From contig CAVUXE010000037.1 in NCBI GenBank assembly GCA_963745235.1, forward strand, positions 96,001 to 160,000: DNA of 64,000 nucleotides. The letters run 5' to 3'. The notes under the pieces were generated by a model. That model searched no databases, had not been told where the DNA came from, and saw only the letters and a program-made list of their open reading frames with translations. Positions 31,298 through 41,417 of this stretch are shown here, piece by piece. This stretch comes from an uncultured Spirochaetota bacterium. GTDB taxonomy: Bacteria; Spirochaetota; Spirochaetia; SZUA-6; Fen-1364. A program made the position numbers and the translations under genes. Numbering within the stretch: position 1 is the stretch's first letter; each line of letters begins with the position of its first letter.

Positions 31298-32125
31298 TCA
31301 ACCCTTGACCGCGCCGGCCACCATGCCCTTGATGATGTGCCTCTGCAGGATGAGATAGAAAATGATGGCAGGGGTGATGGTGAGAAGGACTCCCGCCATT
31401 GCGCTCTGCCATTCGATCTTGTACTGGCCGAAGAAGTTGTACGCGGCAAGCTGCAGGGTCTGCGACGCCTTGGACCCGCCGAGGATGAGGAGCGGCAGGA
31501 GAAAGTCGTTCCACATCCACATCGCGTTGATGACAATAACGGAGACCGTCACCGGCTGCAGCAGGGGAAAGGTCACCTGGAAGAACGCGCGCAGGGGCCG
31601 TGCCCCGTCCATGGCCGCGCAGTCATCCAGCTCCGTCGGCACCGTCTTCACGAAGCCGTGGTACAGGAAGAGGGAGAGGGGGACACCGAGGCCCCAGTAG
31701 ACCACGCCGAGCCCCCAGATCGAGTTCGTGAGATGGAAGGTCCTTGCGACTTTCACGAGGGCGATCATGAAGGAGTGGAACGGGATCATCATGGGCGCCA
31801 CGCACACCAGGAACACCAGCCAGCTGATCCGCGTCCGGGTGCGCGAAAGCTTGAACCCGGCAAGGGAGGCCAGGAGAACGACCCCCGCCGTGCCCATGCA
31901 CGTCACGATGAGCGTGTTGATGAACAGGTTCGGGTATCGCATGAGGCGGAATGCATTGGCAAAGTTCTCCCATTCCAGATGGGAGGGCAGCGCAATCACG
32001 TTTTCCATGATCTGGGCAAAGGTCTTCAGCGAATTGAGGATGACAAGGATCAACGGGTAGATGTAGACCAGCGCCAGCACGGTCATGATCAGGGAAATGG
32101 CCAGGGCTCCTCGCAGCCGGTTCAT
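31298..32125 (-). CDS. Carbohydrate ABC permease (MsmG-like)
   Basis: DCAAMDGA, WMWNDFLLPL, GMVAGAVKG. Confidence 0.9.
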   Translation of the reverse strand: MNRLRGALAISLIMTVLALVYIYPLILVILNSLKTFAQIMENVIALPSHLEWENFANAFRLMRYPNLFINTLIVTCMGTAGVVLLASLAGFKLSRTRTRISWLVFLVCVAPMMIPFHSFMIALVKVARTFHLTNSIWGLGVVYWGLGVPLSLFLYHGFVKTVPTELDDCAAMDGARPLRAFFQVTFPLLQPVTVSVIVINAMWMWNDFLLPLLILGGSKASQTLQLAAYNFFGQYKIEWQSAMAGVLLTITPAIIFYLILQRHIIKGMVAGAVKG

Positions 32126-33009
32126 GCCTGCACCTCCCGGCGCTTGAAGGCGTTGAGCTGAGTCACGGTCACCACGAGGATCAGGAGGAAAAGAACGACC
32201 GACTTGGCGGACCCGTAGCCGAAGCGGTTGTCGCTGAACGCCGTCTTGTAGATGTCCAGGGCGATGCTCGTGGTGGCGGTGCCTGGTCCGCCGAATGTCA
32301 GGCTGAAAATGACATCGAAGGTCTTCAGGGCATTGGAGACCGAGTAGAAAACCGCCACGGTCACCGACGGCATGATCAGGGGAAGCGTGATCCGAAAGAA
32401 GCGGCTCACGGGGCTGGCCCCGTCGATCACCGCAGCCTCCAGCTGCTCCCGGGGGACCGTCTGCAGGCCCGCGATGTAGATGACCATGTAGAACCCGATG
32501 GACTGCCATACGGTCACGAGCACGACGCTGAGGAACGCCAGGTGCGAGTCCCCGAGCCAGCTGAGCTGGAAGACGCCCAGGTGCGTGATGGCTCCCAGGG
32601 AGTCGAACCCCCGGGAAAAGATGAATCGCCACACGTAGCCGATGACGATGAGGCTGATGATGTTGGGGATGTAGAACGCGGCCCGCAGGAGGTTCCGGCC
32701 GCGGATCTTCATGTCCAGGATCACCGCGAGCAGGAGGGCAATGACATTGATGGCCACGACGGCCAGGAGCGTGAAGATGAGCGTGAAAACCAGGGCGCTG
32801 CCGAAGGCCGGGTCGCCGACCAGGAGCTCCCTGTAGTTGGCCAGCCCGATGAGCTTCGCCGCCTTGTCGAGCCCGTTCCATCGCGTGAAGGAATACGTGA
32901 TGCTCATCAGGAACGGGATCTCGACAAAGAGAAGGATGACGATCACCGCGGGGGCCGTCATCCAGAGAAACTCAAGCCCGCGCGCCCTGCGGGCCTTCAC
33001 CGCTGTCAT
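32122..33009 (-). CDS. Carbohydrate ABC permease (MsmF-like)
   Basis: SFTRWNG, WQSIGF, EAAVIDGA, LTFGGPG. Confidence 0.9.
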   Translation of the reverse strand: MTAVKARRARGLEFLWMTAPAVIVILLFVEIPFLMSITYSFTRWNGLDKAAKLIGLANYRELLVGDPAFGSALVFTLIFTLLAVVAINVIALLLAVILDMKIRGRNLLRAAFYIPNIISLIVIGYVWRFIFSRGFDSLGAITHLGVFQLSWLGDSHLAFLSVVLVTVWQSIGFYMVIYIAGLQTVPREQLEAAVIDGASPVSRFFRITLPLIMPSVTVAVFYSVSNALKTFDVIFSLTFGGPGTATTSIALDIYKTAFSDNRFGYGSAKSVVLFLLILVVTVTQLNAFKRREVQA

Positions 33010-33025
33010 GAACCTCTCCCCTCTG

Positions 33026-33057
33026 AAAAAGAGGCCGGGGAGCAATGCCCCCCGGCC
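33026..33057 (-). terminator. Hairpin plus U-tract after the binding-protein gene
   Basis: Minus strand GGCCGGGGGGCATTGCTCCCCGGCC-TCTTTTT. Confidence 0.75.
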
Positions 33058-33084
33058 GTCATGATTCGTCGCAACGCCCGGTGA

Positions 33085-34314
33085 CTACTTGGAGGCGTTC
33101 ACGATCTGCGTGTACTTCGCATCCAGGGCATCCAGGGTCTGCTGCCGATTTGTCTGTCCGGCGCAGTATCCCTGGAGGATGATTCCCAGTCCTTGTTCCG
33201 TCCCCGTGGGGAACATCTGGTAGTACCAGGGGTAGCTCGGGACCTTCTCCGCCAGCATGGCCACCGTCGCCTGCGCGAGCTCCGCTGAGGACGCCTTTGC
33301 GCCCTTGATGGGGGAGAGCTGCTTGATCTTGTCCGGGATCCAGGCCTTGCCGTACGCGGAGGTGGTCAGCCACTTCAACCACGCAAGGGCGGCGTCCACC
33401 TGGCCGTCCTTGGCAACCCTGATGGTCTGGTTGGAATCATACATGATCCCCGCCTCAGCCGCAGTCCCGGCCACGGGCCCCCGCAGGAAGCCAATGTCGA
33501 TATCCGGCGTGGTCTTGCGGATGGTGTCTTCCGCCCAGTTGCCCTGGTGCATGATGGCGGCCTTGCCGGTGGCAAGGGTGGAGCACTGGTCGTTGAAGTC
33601 CGACTCCATGGGCTTCCGGCCGCCGTACTTCTTGATCAGGTCCAGGACATCAAAAACGGTGCTCATGCCCTTGATGTCCTTGAACGTAAGGGAGCCGCTG
33701 TTCAGCTTGTCCACCATGCCGGCGAAACCGCCGTAGGCCTTTGCCGCGGGGGCAAGCACCTGCCACGCAGTCTGGGGAAGCACCCACCACTCCTTGAAGC
33801 CGGTCGCGAAGGGCTGGATGCCGCGGGCCTGCAGCTTCTGGGCCGCCGCGGCGTAGTCACTCAGGGTCCGGGGGAGCGTCTTGATCCCGACCTGGGCGAA
33901 GACCTTCTTGTTGTAAATGAAGGAATGGGACTGGACCAGGAAGGGATACCCGGTGATCCGCCCGTTCACGGTCACGCCCTGCAGCGCGGAGGGCTCGATC
34001 TGCTTCATGAAGTCGACGTCCGTCAGGTCATACACGTAGTCCTTGTACGTGGAGTTGTCCGCGTACGCGCTGCTCATGAAGACGTCCGGAATGTCACCGG
34101 AGTTGAGCTTCGCTCTCAGGAGCGTCACGTAGTCGGCCTGGTTCACGGTGATATCCAGCGCGTTTCCGGTGTCCGCCTTGTACGCCGCAGCCATGTCGTT
34201 GTACTGGTCGGTGAGCTCCGGGCTGTAGAAGAACAGCTTCAGGGTCTTTCCCTGGCCAACGGCGAGAGCGGCGCACAGCACCACCAGCGCCGCAGCCAGA
34301 AGGTATCTCTTCAT
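33085..34314 (-). CDS. Carbohydrate ABC substrate-binding protein (MsmE-like)
   Basis: Signal peptide; SGDIPDVF, YNKKVF, GKAAIMHQGNW. Confidence 0.9.
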   Translation of the reverse strand: MKRYLLAAALVVLCAALAVGQGKTLKLFFYSPELTDQYNDMAAAYKADTGNALDITVNQADYVTLLRAKLNSGDIPDVFMSSAYADNSTYKDYVYDLTDVDFMKQIEPSALQGVTVNGRITGYPFLVQSHSFIYNKKVFAQVGIKTLPRTLSDYAAAAQKLQARGIQPFATGFKEWWVLPQTAWQVLAPAAKAYGGFAGMVDKLNSGSLTFKDIKGMSTVFDVLDLIKKYGGRKPMESDFNDQCSTLATGKAAIMHQGNWAEDTIRKTTPDIDIGFLRGPVAGTAAEAGIMYDSNQTIRVAKDGQVDAALAWLKWLTTSAYGKAWIPDKIKQLSPIKGAKASSAELAQATVAMLAEKVPSYPWYYQMFPTGTEQGLGIILQGYCAGQTNRQQTLDALDAKYTQIVNASK

Positions 34315-34338
34315 CCCTTTCCTCCTTTACCGCTCGAA

Positions 34339-34358
34339 TATGATGTACGTTTATCATA
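34339..34358. promoter_or_regulatory. LacI-type operator
   Basis: TATGATgtACGTttATCATA imperfect palindrome with central CG, between the divergent binding-protein and LacI genes. Confidence 0.7.
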
Positions 34359-34406
34359 CGATAGTGGCGTTGTCAACAAAAAACCGCGTAGAATGAGGGA
34401 ACGCAA

Positions 34407-35499
34407 ATGGGCATCACGCAGAAAGAAATAGCAAAGGCGCTGAACCTGCCCCTGATCACGGTGCATCGGGCGCTCAACAGCTCGGGGTACGTGTCCAAGG
34501 AGCTCAAGGGGCGGATCCTCGCGTACGCCCGCGAGGTGCGCTACGTGCCCCACAAGGCGTCCCAGGTCCTGAAACGCAACAAAGTCAGGAAGATCGCCGT
34601 GTTCTCATCCTCACTGCCCCACTACTTCTGGAACGACATCAGGACGGGCATCTCCATCGCGGCAGAGCAGATCCAGGCCCTGAACTACAGGGTCAATTAC
34701 CACATGGTAGCAGAGAGGAGCTCTGACCAGTACCTGGAGCGCCTGGAAGAGGAGATCCGCGACGGCGTTGAGGCAATCGCGTTCGTCAACCAGTGGATCT
34801 ACCGCATGGATGAGATCATTGCGCGCATCACCCGGGCGGGGGTACCTTACGTGACGCTGAATGTGGATGCGCCGGAAGAGTCGCCGGATCTGCTACATCG
34901 GCCCGGACTATCGCGCCGGGGGCGCGCTCGCGGCGGAATACATCGGCAAGACGCTTCTCTTCAAGAATCGTCCGCGCATCCTGGTGCTCACCACCCTGCC
35001 GGATAGTCGCGTGGTCCTCCGCGCGCCTGACATCAACAAGCTGCGATACGAAGGCTTCCGTGAGGTCATGGAGAAGAGCTTTCCCCGGATTCGCCACGAC
35101 ACGGCCTTCATAACGAAAGGCATGAGCTCACCGGCCGCCGCTCGCCACATCGCTGAGCTCCTGGCGGACCGGGACGGAGATTTCGACGCGGTGTACCTGA
35201 TTGCCGCCTACAACGTCCCCTTCATCAGGGCACTGGAGCAGGGAGAGGGCACGCGGCGCGTGGTGGTGCTCCATGACCTTGATTCCTCGTCGAACCACCT
35301 GCTTGAAAAGAACCTCCTGACCGCCGTGATCTACCAGAACCCCATTCTGCAGGGATACTACGCCGTGCGAACGCTGGAGAACCTGCTGGAATCGGGCCAT
35401 CCGTCCGATGTTCGGCAGCTCAACGTGGTTCACAGCGTCATCCTCAATGAGAACAAGGACCTCTACAGGAACCACACCTTTTTCGCCATCATGGAGTGA
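34407..35499 (+). CDS. LacI family transcriptional regulator; frameshift near 34876
   Basis: ITQKEIAKAL...TVHRALN HTH. The shift joins NVDAP to YIGPDY...VIYQNPILQGY. Confidence 0.87.
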
Positions 35500-35586
35500 C
35501 AGCGATGGGCCGGCAGCGGGAAGGCGGGCAGCGGAAAGGCCCGCGGCAGAAGGGCCTGGCCGGCGCGTCGGCAGTATATTGATGAG

Positions 35587-36291
35587 ATGGATATCGATGC
35601 CGCCGAGGTCAACAGGCGATTCCCCGCGGCCGCCGAGTACCTGAGCGGGATCTACATCCTGGCAAGGGACTACGGACGCGTGAGCAATTCCCGCCTGGCC
35701 GCGTGGACAGGGGTCAGCGGCTCCGCGGTGACGCAGGCCCTTGGCCGGCTCAAGCGCCTTGGACTGGCGCGGCACGTGCGCTACGAGAGCATCGAGCTCA
35801 CCGAGCAGGGCCGCCTGCTGGCCGTAAAAGTCCTCAGGAGGCATTACCTGCTGGAGCACCTCCTGGTCCGCATCCTGGACTACCCCTGGGAAAAAGCGGA
35901 TGAGGAGGCCAAGCGGCTCCAGAGCGAGATCTCGGATGACCTGACAGACCACCTGTTCGCGCGCCTCGGGTCTCCCCAATCCTGTCCCCATGGCAACCCC
36001 ATGCCGGGTTCCGCCCTGGAGCCAAGGCTCCTGAACGCTCCCAAGCTGAGCGATGCCCCCGTGGGTGCCACCGTGCGGATAATCCGCATAACAGAGGAAG
36101 GCGAGCAGATCCCGCTGATGCTGGACTTCTGCCACACCCGGGGAATCAAGCCGGGAGCCGCCTTCCAGGTCGTGGCCCGGGAAGGAGAAATCATCCGTCT
36201 GGGAAGATCGCGCCCGGACAGTGCTCGGGACGACGCCAGTGAGATCGAAGTCCCTTTGGAAAAATCGCAGCACATCAGGTATGAAACTTAA
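35587..36291 (+). CDS. DtxR/MntR family metal-dependent regulator with FeoA domain
   Basis: EYLSGIY, VSGSAVT, LTEQG, RRHYLLEHLL, CPHGNPMP; C-terminal FeoA-like GIKPGA. Confidence 0.9.
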   Translation: MDIDAAEVNRRFPAAAEYLSGIYILARDYGRVSNSRLAAWTGVSGSAVTQALGRLKRLGLARHVRYESIELTEQGRLLAVKVLRRHYLLEHLLVRILDYPWEKADEEAKRLQSEISDDLTDHLFARLGSPQSCPHGNPMPGSALEPRLLNAPKLSDAPVGATVRIIRITEEGEQIPLMLDFCHTRGIKPGAAFQVVAREGEIIRLGRSRPDSARDDASEIEVPLEKSQHIRYET

Positions 36292-36304
36292 TACATATAA
36301 ACTC

Positions 36305-36335
36305 TTGACAGTAGTTGACCAAAACAGTCATATAT
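36305..36335 (+). promoter_or_regulatory. FTR1 promoter with IscR/Rrf2-type operator
   Basis: TTGACA at 36305 followed by GTAGTTGACCAAAACAGTCATATAT (TGAC-N7-GTCA core). Confidence 0.6.
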
Positions 36336-36340
36336 AGCCG

Positions 36341-38110
36341 ATGAAGCTTCGATTCCTGGGGTGGATTGCCCCTCTCCTTGTCAGTTCTTCCCTCTGGGCG
36401 CAGGGTGCACCCCCCGCGAAGCTCGACACTCTCCTGCTTCCCTTCGAGCGCTCTTTCGCCCAGGCCTCGGCCGGCGAGTGGAAAAGCTCTCTCGACCTGC
36501 TCGAGCAGTTCGCCATGCGCTGGCACATGCTGAACCCCGCTGCAACCGAATCCTCCCGCGCGGTTGAATCCTCCCTCAACGCCGCGGCCCGGGCGCTGCT
36601 GGAAGCGCCGGCAGCGCCCGCGGCAGTACCCGATGCGCTGGCGGCCCTCAGCAAGGCGGTGGGAGTGTACCTTACCGGGGAAGGAGACACGGCAAGCCCC
36701 CAGTTCTTCTCCGCCCTGGCAGTGATTGCCGCAGGCGGCCTGGACTCCGTCCAGGACGCAAAACCGGCAAAAGCCGCCGCAAAGATCCAGGTCTTCGACG
36801 CCCTGTGGGGGCTGGCGGAAGACTCCGTCCATGCAAAGGACCCGGCGTCGTACGCGCGAATCGAAGCCGGGGTCGACAATTCGCTCTCTGCTTTAAAGGC
36901 CCAGCCGGCCGACCTCGCAGGCGCGCGGACCTCGTTGACCGAGCTGCTTTCAACCGTGCAAGCCACGGCAGGCGGCGCCACGACAGGGGCCCCTGTCGCC
37001 GCAGCCGCGCACGGCATTCCTGACCTGCTCCAACTGCTTTCGCGGGCGAATGCTTCCCTGAGCGCAGGCAACGCTCGCGATGCATCCGGCGCACTGCAGG
37101 CCTTCATCGCCGCGTGGCCTCTCGCCGAAGGGGAGGTCAAGGCGAGGTCCGGGGCGGCCTATTCGCGGATCGAAAACGAGATGACCGAGGCGGGCGGGCT
37201 CCTCCTTTCGGGGCCGGCCTCCCGCGCGCGCGCCGCGGTGGTGATCTCTGAAATGTCCGCACAGCTTTCCGGGCTTGCAGAGAGGACCAGCTACACGGCG
37301 TGGGACGCCGGGATGATATTGTTGAGGGAAGGCATGGAGGCGTTGCTCGTCCTTGCGGCCCTGGTGGCAATGCTGCGAAAGTCCGGGGGAAGGCAGCGGG
37401 GGGTGTGGGTATGGTCAGGGGCGGGTGCGGGTCTCCTCCTGAGCGGCATCCTCGCAGTATTTCTCGGGTTCGTGATTTCAAAAGCGACCGCCGGCAGCGC
37501 TCGTGAGCAGCTGGAAGGATTCGTCGGCCTGGCCTCCGTCGGGCTGATGGTGACCGTGGGGGCCTGGCTGCACCGCAGATCCAGCCTCCAATCCTGGAAT
37601 GCCTTTATCAAGAACAAGGTGGGCGGCGCGCTGGCCACGGGGAGCATGTGGTCCATCTTCGCGCTGGCCCTCCTGGCCGTTTTGCGCGAAGGGGCGGAGT
37701 CAGTGGTGTTCTACGTAGGGATTGCGCCGGCCATTTCACTGGCCCGCCTTCTCCTGGGCATCGGCGGCGCCCTTGGCATCCTGATCGTGATCGGGTACCT
37801 GATCATTCGCTTCAGCGTCCGCCTTCCCCTGCACTGGTTTTTCCTGGTTGCAACGCTCCTGATCTATTACCTGGCATTCAAGATCGCGGGGGAGAGCATC
37901 CATTCCCTCCAGGTCGCGAACGTGCTGCCGGCTCACTCCATTCCCTGGCTGCCGACCACCGGGGTCCTGGGCATATACCCCACGTGGGAAACGTTTGCCC
38001 CCCAGGTGGCCGTGCTGGCCTACGTCCTTGCGGAAATGCTCGTCACCGAGCTGCGCCGCCTGATGAGCAAGCGCGCGCAGACCCGGGCTGGAACAGCGGT
38101 CTCCCCCTAG
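36341..38110 (+). CDS. FTR1/EfeU family iron permease with large N-terminal exported domain
   Basis: Signal peptide, about 300 aa helical region, two RExxE motifs (LLREGMEA, LREGAES), GIYPTWET. Confidence 0.9.
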   Translation: MKLRFLGWIAPLLVSSSLWAQGAPPAKLDTLLLPFERSFAQASAGEWKSSLDLLEQFAMRWHMLNPAATESSRAVESSLNAAARALLEAPAAPAAVPDALAALSKAVGVYLTGEGDTASPQFFSALAVIAAGGLDSVQDAKPAKAAAKIQVFDALWGLAEDSVHAKDPASYARIEAGVDNSLSALKAQPADLAGARTSLTELLSTVQATAGGATTGAPVAAAAHGIPDLLQLLSRANASLSAGNARDASGALQAFIAAWPLAEGEVKARSGAAYSRIENEMTEAGGLLLSGPASRARAAVVISEMSAQLSGLAERTSYTAWDAGMILLREGMEALLVLAALVAMLRKSGGRQRGVWVWSGAGAGLLLSGILAVFLGFVISKATAGSAREQLEGFVGLASVGLMVTVGAWLHRRSSLQSWNAFIKNKVGGALATGSMWSIFALALLAVLREGAESVVFYVGIAPAISLARLLLGIGGALGILIVIGYLIIRFSVRLPLHWFFLVATLLIYYLAFKIAGESIHSLQVANVLPAHSIPWLPTTGVLGIYPTWETFAPQVAVLAYVLAEMLVTELRRLMSKRAQTRAGTAVSP

Positions 38111-38245
38111 GCTCCGGCTGAATGCTGTCCACCTCGGCGAAGCTGGACAGGAACATCATCCGCTCTTCACCTCCTGAGCTGCCCGTCCTGAAGGGCTCAC
38201 AGCGGGAGCACTCAAGGGATAGCCCTCTTCAGTCAGGCGCTTTCC

Positions 38246-38275
38246 TTGACACCTCGGGCGGCAGAAGTCTATAAA
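38246..38275 (+). promoter_or_regulatory. Sigma70 promoter of the liv operon
   Basis: TTGACA-N18-TATAAA, 60 nt before the livK start. Confidence 0.65.
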
Positions 38276-38334
38276 GTCCTGTATCCTTTTACATTTCGTG
38301 CATCTTTCCGCGCATCCATAAGGAGGAAACCGCT

Positions 38335-39489
38335 GTGAAACGAACCGTTGCGCTTGCGGGCGCGCTGCTTCTGGTCTGTGCGCTTGCCGCCTTTGCAGCC
38401 GACACCAAGCCGCCTGTCCTGATCGGTCTGCAGGCGCCCATCACGGGCCCCTGGGCGTACGAGGGACAGATGGCCAGGCAGGCTACCCAGATTGCCGCGG
38501 ACCTGATCAACCAGAAGGGCGGGATCCTGGGCGGCAGGCAGGTCCAGATCGTCCTCGAGGACGATGCCGGCCAGCCCCAGACATCCGCCCTCGCTGCCAC
38601 CAAGATCGGCGGACAGAAGAACATCGTGGCCGCCGTCTCCACCTACGGCTCATCGGTCACCGAGCCGGCGTCCAACATCTACGAGAAGCGCAGGATGGTG
38701 AACATCGCCTACGGGGCCACGGCGGTCCGACTGACGGAGCGCGGCTCGAAGTACTTCTTCCGCACCTGCAGCCGCGACGATTCCCAGGCGGAGTTCTTTG
38801 CGAAGGCCGTTCCCCTGAAGTTCGGCGCGAAACGAATCGCGATCATGCATGACAACACGGCATTCGGCAAAGGCCTTGCGGAGAACACCCGGGATGCGCT
38901 GAAGGGGATGGTGGATTCCGGCAAGCTCCAGATCGTGTATTACGACGCAATCACCCCGGGGGAGAAGGACTTCCATGTTCCTCTCACAAAGATGAGGGAA
39001 ACAAAGCCGGACCTCTGGTACTACACCGGCTACTATGCGGAAGCCGCTCTCCTGGTCACCCAGGCCCGGGAAATCGGGATCACCTGTCCTTTCGTCGGGG
39101 GCAACGCGGCCATCAACGCTGAGTTCGTGAAGATCGCCGGCCTCCCTGTCGCGAAGGGCTGCTTCATGACCAACGAGCCCTTGCCCGCGGACCTGCCGAC
39201 TCCTGAAGCCCGTGAGTTCCTCAAGGCGTACAAGGACAAGTTCGGCGACATCCCCTCCAGCCCGTGGCCGGTGTACGCTGCTGACGCGGTGAACATCATC
39301 GCATACGCGGTGGACAAGACCGGGTCCCCCACTGACGGCACCGCGCTTGCGGAGTACCTCAGGAGCAAGGTGAACGGCGTGCCGGGAATCACCGGCAAGA
39401 TCGGATTCACGGACAAGGGTGACCGCGAAGGGGTGCCCATGTTCCTCTACGTCGTGGATGACCAGGGAAACATCGTAATCTCCCGGTAG
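38335..39489 (+). CDS. livK: Branched-chain amino acid ABC substrate-binding protein
   Basis: IGLQAPITG, INQKGGILGG, FFRT, YYTGYY, GITGKIGF; SD AGGAGG. Confidence 0.9.
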   Translation: MKRTVALAGALLLVCALAAFAADTKPPVLIGLQAPITGPWAYEGQMARQATQIAADLINQKGGILGGRQVQIVLEDDAGQPQTSALAATKIGGQKNIVAAVSTYGSSVTEPASNIYEKRRMVNIAYGATAVRLTERGSKYFFRTCSRDDSQAEFFAKAVPLKFGAKRIAIMHDNTAFGKGLAENTRDALKGMVDSGKLQIVYYDAITPGEKDFHVPLTKMRETKPDLWYYTGYYAEAALLVTQAREIGITCPFVGGNAAINAEFVKIAGLPVAKGCFMTNEPLPADLPTPEAREFLKAYKDKFGDIPSSPWPVYAADAVNIIAYAVDKTGSPTDGTALAEYLRSKVNGVPGITGKIGFTDKGDREGVPMFLYVVDDQGNIVISR

Positions 39490-39498
39490 CCTCGCTGA

Positions 39499-40410
39499 AT
39501 GAGGGTTTTTTTCGAGCAGTTGATCAACGGGCTGACCATCGGGAGCTTCTACGGCCTGATCGCCCTTGGCTACTCAATGGTCTACGGTGTTCTCAAGTTG
39601 ATCAACTTCGCCCACGGGGATTTTTTCGCCCTGGGCTCCTATCTCGGGTACACGATGCTCGTCTTTGGATCGGGTTTCGTGACGACCCACCTCGGGTTGT
39701 GGGGCGGCCTCGCGGTCGCTGTGATCGTGGCCGCCCTCTGTCTTGCGCTTGTCGGCGTTGTGGTGGAACGCGTTGCGTATCGGCCCATCTACCCCGCCGG
39801 CAGGCTGCCCGCGGTGGTGTCGGCCCTGGGAGCCTCCATCATCCTTCAGAACCTCATCATGATCATCTGGGGCCCTCGGTACCAGGCCTATCCCGCGCAG
39901 CTCATCCCCAACTTCCCCATCCACGCGGGGGGCCTGAATCTCACCGGGCTGCAGCTTCTCATTCTCTGCGTCTCGTTTGCCCTGATGGCCGTGCTCTATT
40001 TCGTGATCCAGAAGACCACCTGGGGGGCAGCCGTACGGGCAACTGCCCTGGACCGCGACACCGCGGCCCTCATGGGGATCAACTTCAAGAAGGTGATACG
40101 CTTCATCTTCACACTCGGTCCCGCCCTCGGCGCGCTCACCGGGGTCATGGTGGGCATGTACTACCGGCAGATCAGCTTCACCATGGGGTGGAACTACGGG
40201 CTGAAGGCTTTCACGGCGACCATCCTCGGCGGTATTGGAAACCTCCCGGGGGCCATGTTCGGCGGCCTCATCCTGGGCGTGCTGGAGATGCTTGGCAGCG
40301 CGTACGTTTCCACCGCCTGGAAAGACGTCTTCGTCTTTCTCATCCTGATTCTCGTGCTGATATTCCGTCCCAACGGACTCTTCGGCGAGAAGATAGCAGA
40401 GAAGGTCTGA
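39499..40410 (+). CDS. livH: Branched-chain amino acid ABC permease
   Basis: LIALGYSMVYGVLKLINFAHG, LKAFTATILGGIG. Confidence 0.93.
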   Translation: MRVFFEQLINGLTIGSFYGLIALGYSMVYGVLKLINFAHGDFFALGSYLGYTMLVFGSGFVTTHLGLWGGLAVAVIVAALCLALVGVVVERVAYRPIYPAGRLPAVVSALGASIILQNLIMIIWGPRYQAYPAQLIPNFPIHAGGLNLTGLQLLILCVSFALMAVLYFVIQKTTWGAAVRATALDRDTAALMGINFKKVIRFIFTLGPALGALTGVMVGMYYRQISFTMGWNYGLKAFTATILGGIGNLPGAMFGGLILGVLEMLGSAYVSTAWKDVFVFLILILVLIFRPNGLFGEKIAEKV

Positions 40411-40413
40411 GGC

Positions 40414-41413
40414 GTGCCGGGACACTGTGTGCCGCGTCATCTCGCGGCAAGCCGCCAGAAGGCGGCTGGCCTTCTCCTTGTGTTCGCCGCGCTCGTGGTT
40501 TTTCCCTTCTTTGCAGGCGACTACCTGGTGGACGTGGCCTTTTTCTTCGGCATCTACGTCCTGCTCGGCCTGAGCCTCAACATCGTCCTGGGTGAAGTGG
40601 GACTGTACGACCTAGGCCACGCCGGTTTCTATGCTATCGGCGCCTACACCACGGCCATCCTCAACACGAGGTTCGGGATTCCCGTGCTCGTCCTCCTGCC
40701 CGGTGAGCGCCCTCGCCGCCGGCCTGTTCGCTTTCCTGGTCACCTCCCCGATCATCCACCTGCGCGGCGACTACCTGTGCATCGTGACCATCGGGATGGG
40801 GGAGATCGTGCGCCTGGCGCTCATCAACAACCCCCTGGGACTCACCGGAGGCCCCAACGGCGTCTACGGGATCGACTCGCCGACCCTCGGGTTCCTCAGG
40901 CTCGACTCCTCTGCCGGCTCCTACGCGCTGATCTGGGTGGTGGTCGGGCTCGCGGTGTTTGCCCTCTTTCGGCTGCAGCGCTCCCGCATCGGCCGGGCGT
41001 GGAACTGCATCCGGGAGGACGAGATCGCGGCGCAGGCCACCGGCATCAACGTTCGCGCGTACAAGCTGCTTGCCTTCGTGCTGGGCGCCGCGCTGGCCGG
41101 CGTGGCCGGGAACCTGTACGCGGTCAAGCTGATGGTGGTCTCTCCGGAAAGCTTCACGTTCTGGGAATCCTGCCTCATGTTCTCCATCGTGCTGATTGGA
41201 GGGATGGGCTCGGTGCCGGGCGTCATCATCGGCGCGGCGGCAATCAGCCTGTTCCCGGAGATCTTCCGCTCCTTCGCGAGCTACCGCCTCGTGGTCTTTG
41301 GCGTTGTCATGATCCTGATGATGATGTTCCGGCCGGGGGGCGTCTGGCCGCGCAGGCGCGGAGGGACCGAATCCCGTGACCTGCTCCTGCGGCTCGGGAG
41401 GCCCCGTGGGTGA
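40414..41413 (+). CDS. livM: Branched-chain amino acid ABC permease; frameshift near 40702
   Basis: GLSLNIVLG...DLGHAGFYAIGAY, then LRGDYLCIVT, IREDEIAA, VLIGGMGS in the shifted frame. Confidence 0.88.
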
Positions 41414-41417
41414 TCCG

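Noticed and set aside
35512-35545. Short imperfect direct repeat GGCAGCGGRAAGGC x2
   Set aside because: Two short GC-rich copies only; could arise by chance.
38174-38210. Resemblance to IS200/IS605 end or HEARO 5' motif (CTGCCCGTCCTGAAGGGC)
   Set aside because: Only a short partial match, with no tnpA, tnpB or iscB gene; kept only as an unexplained structured region.
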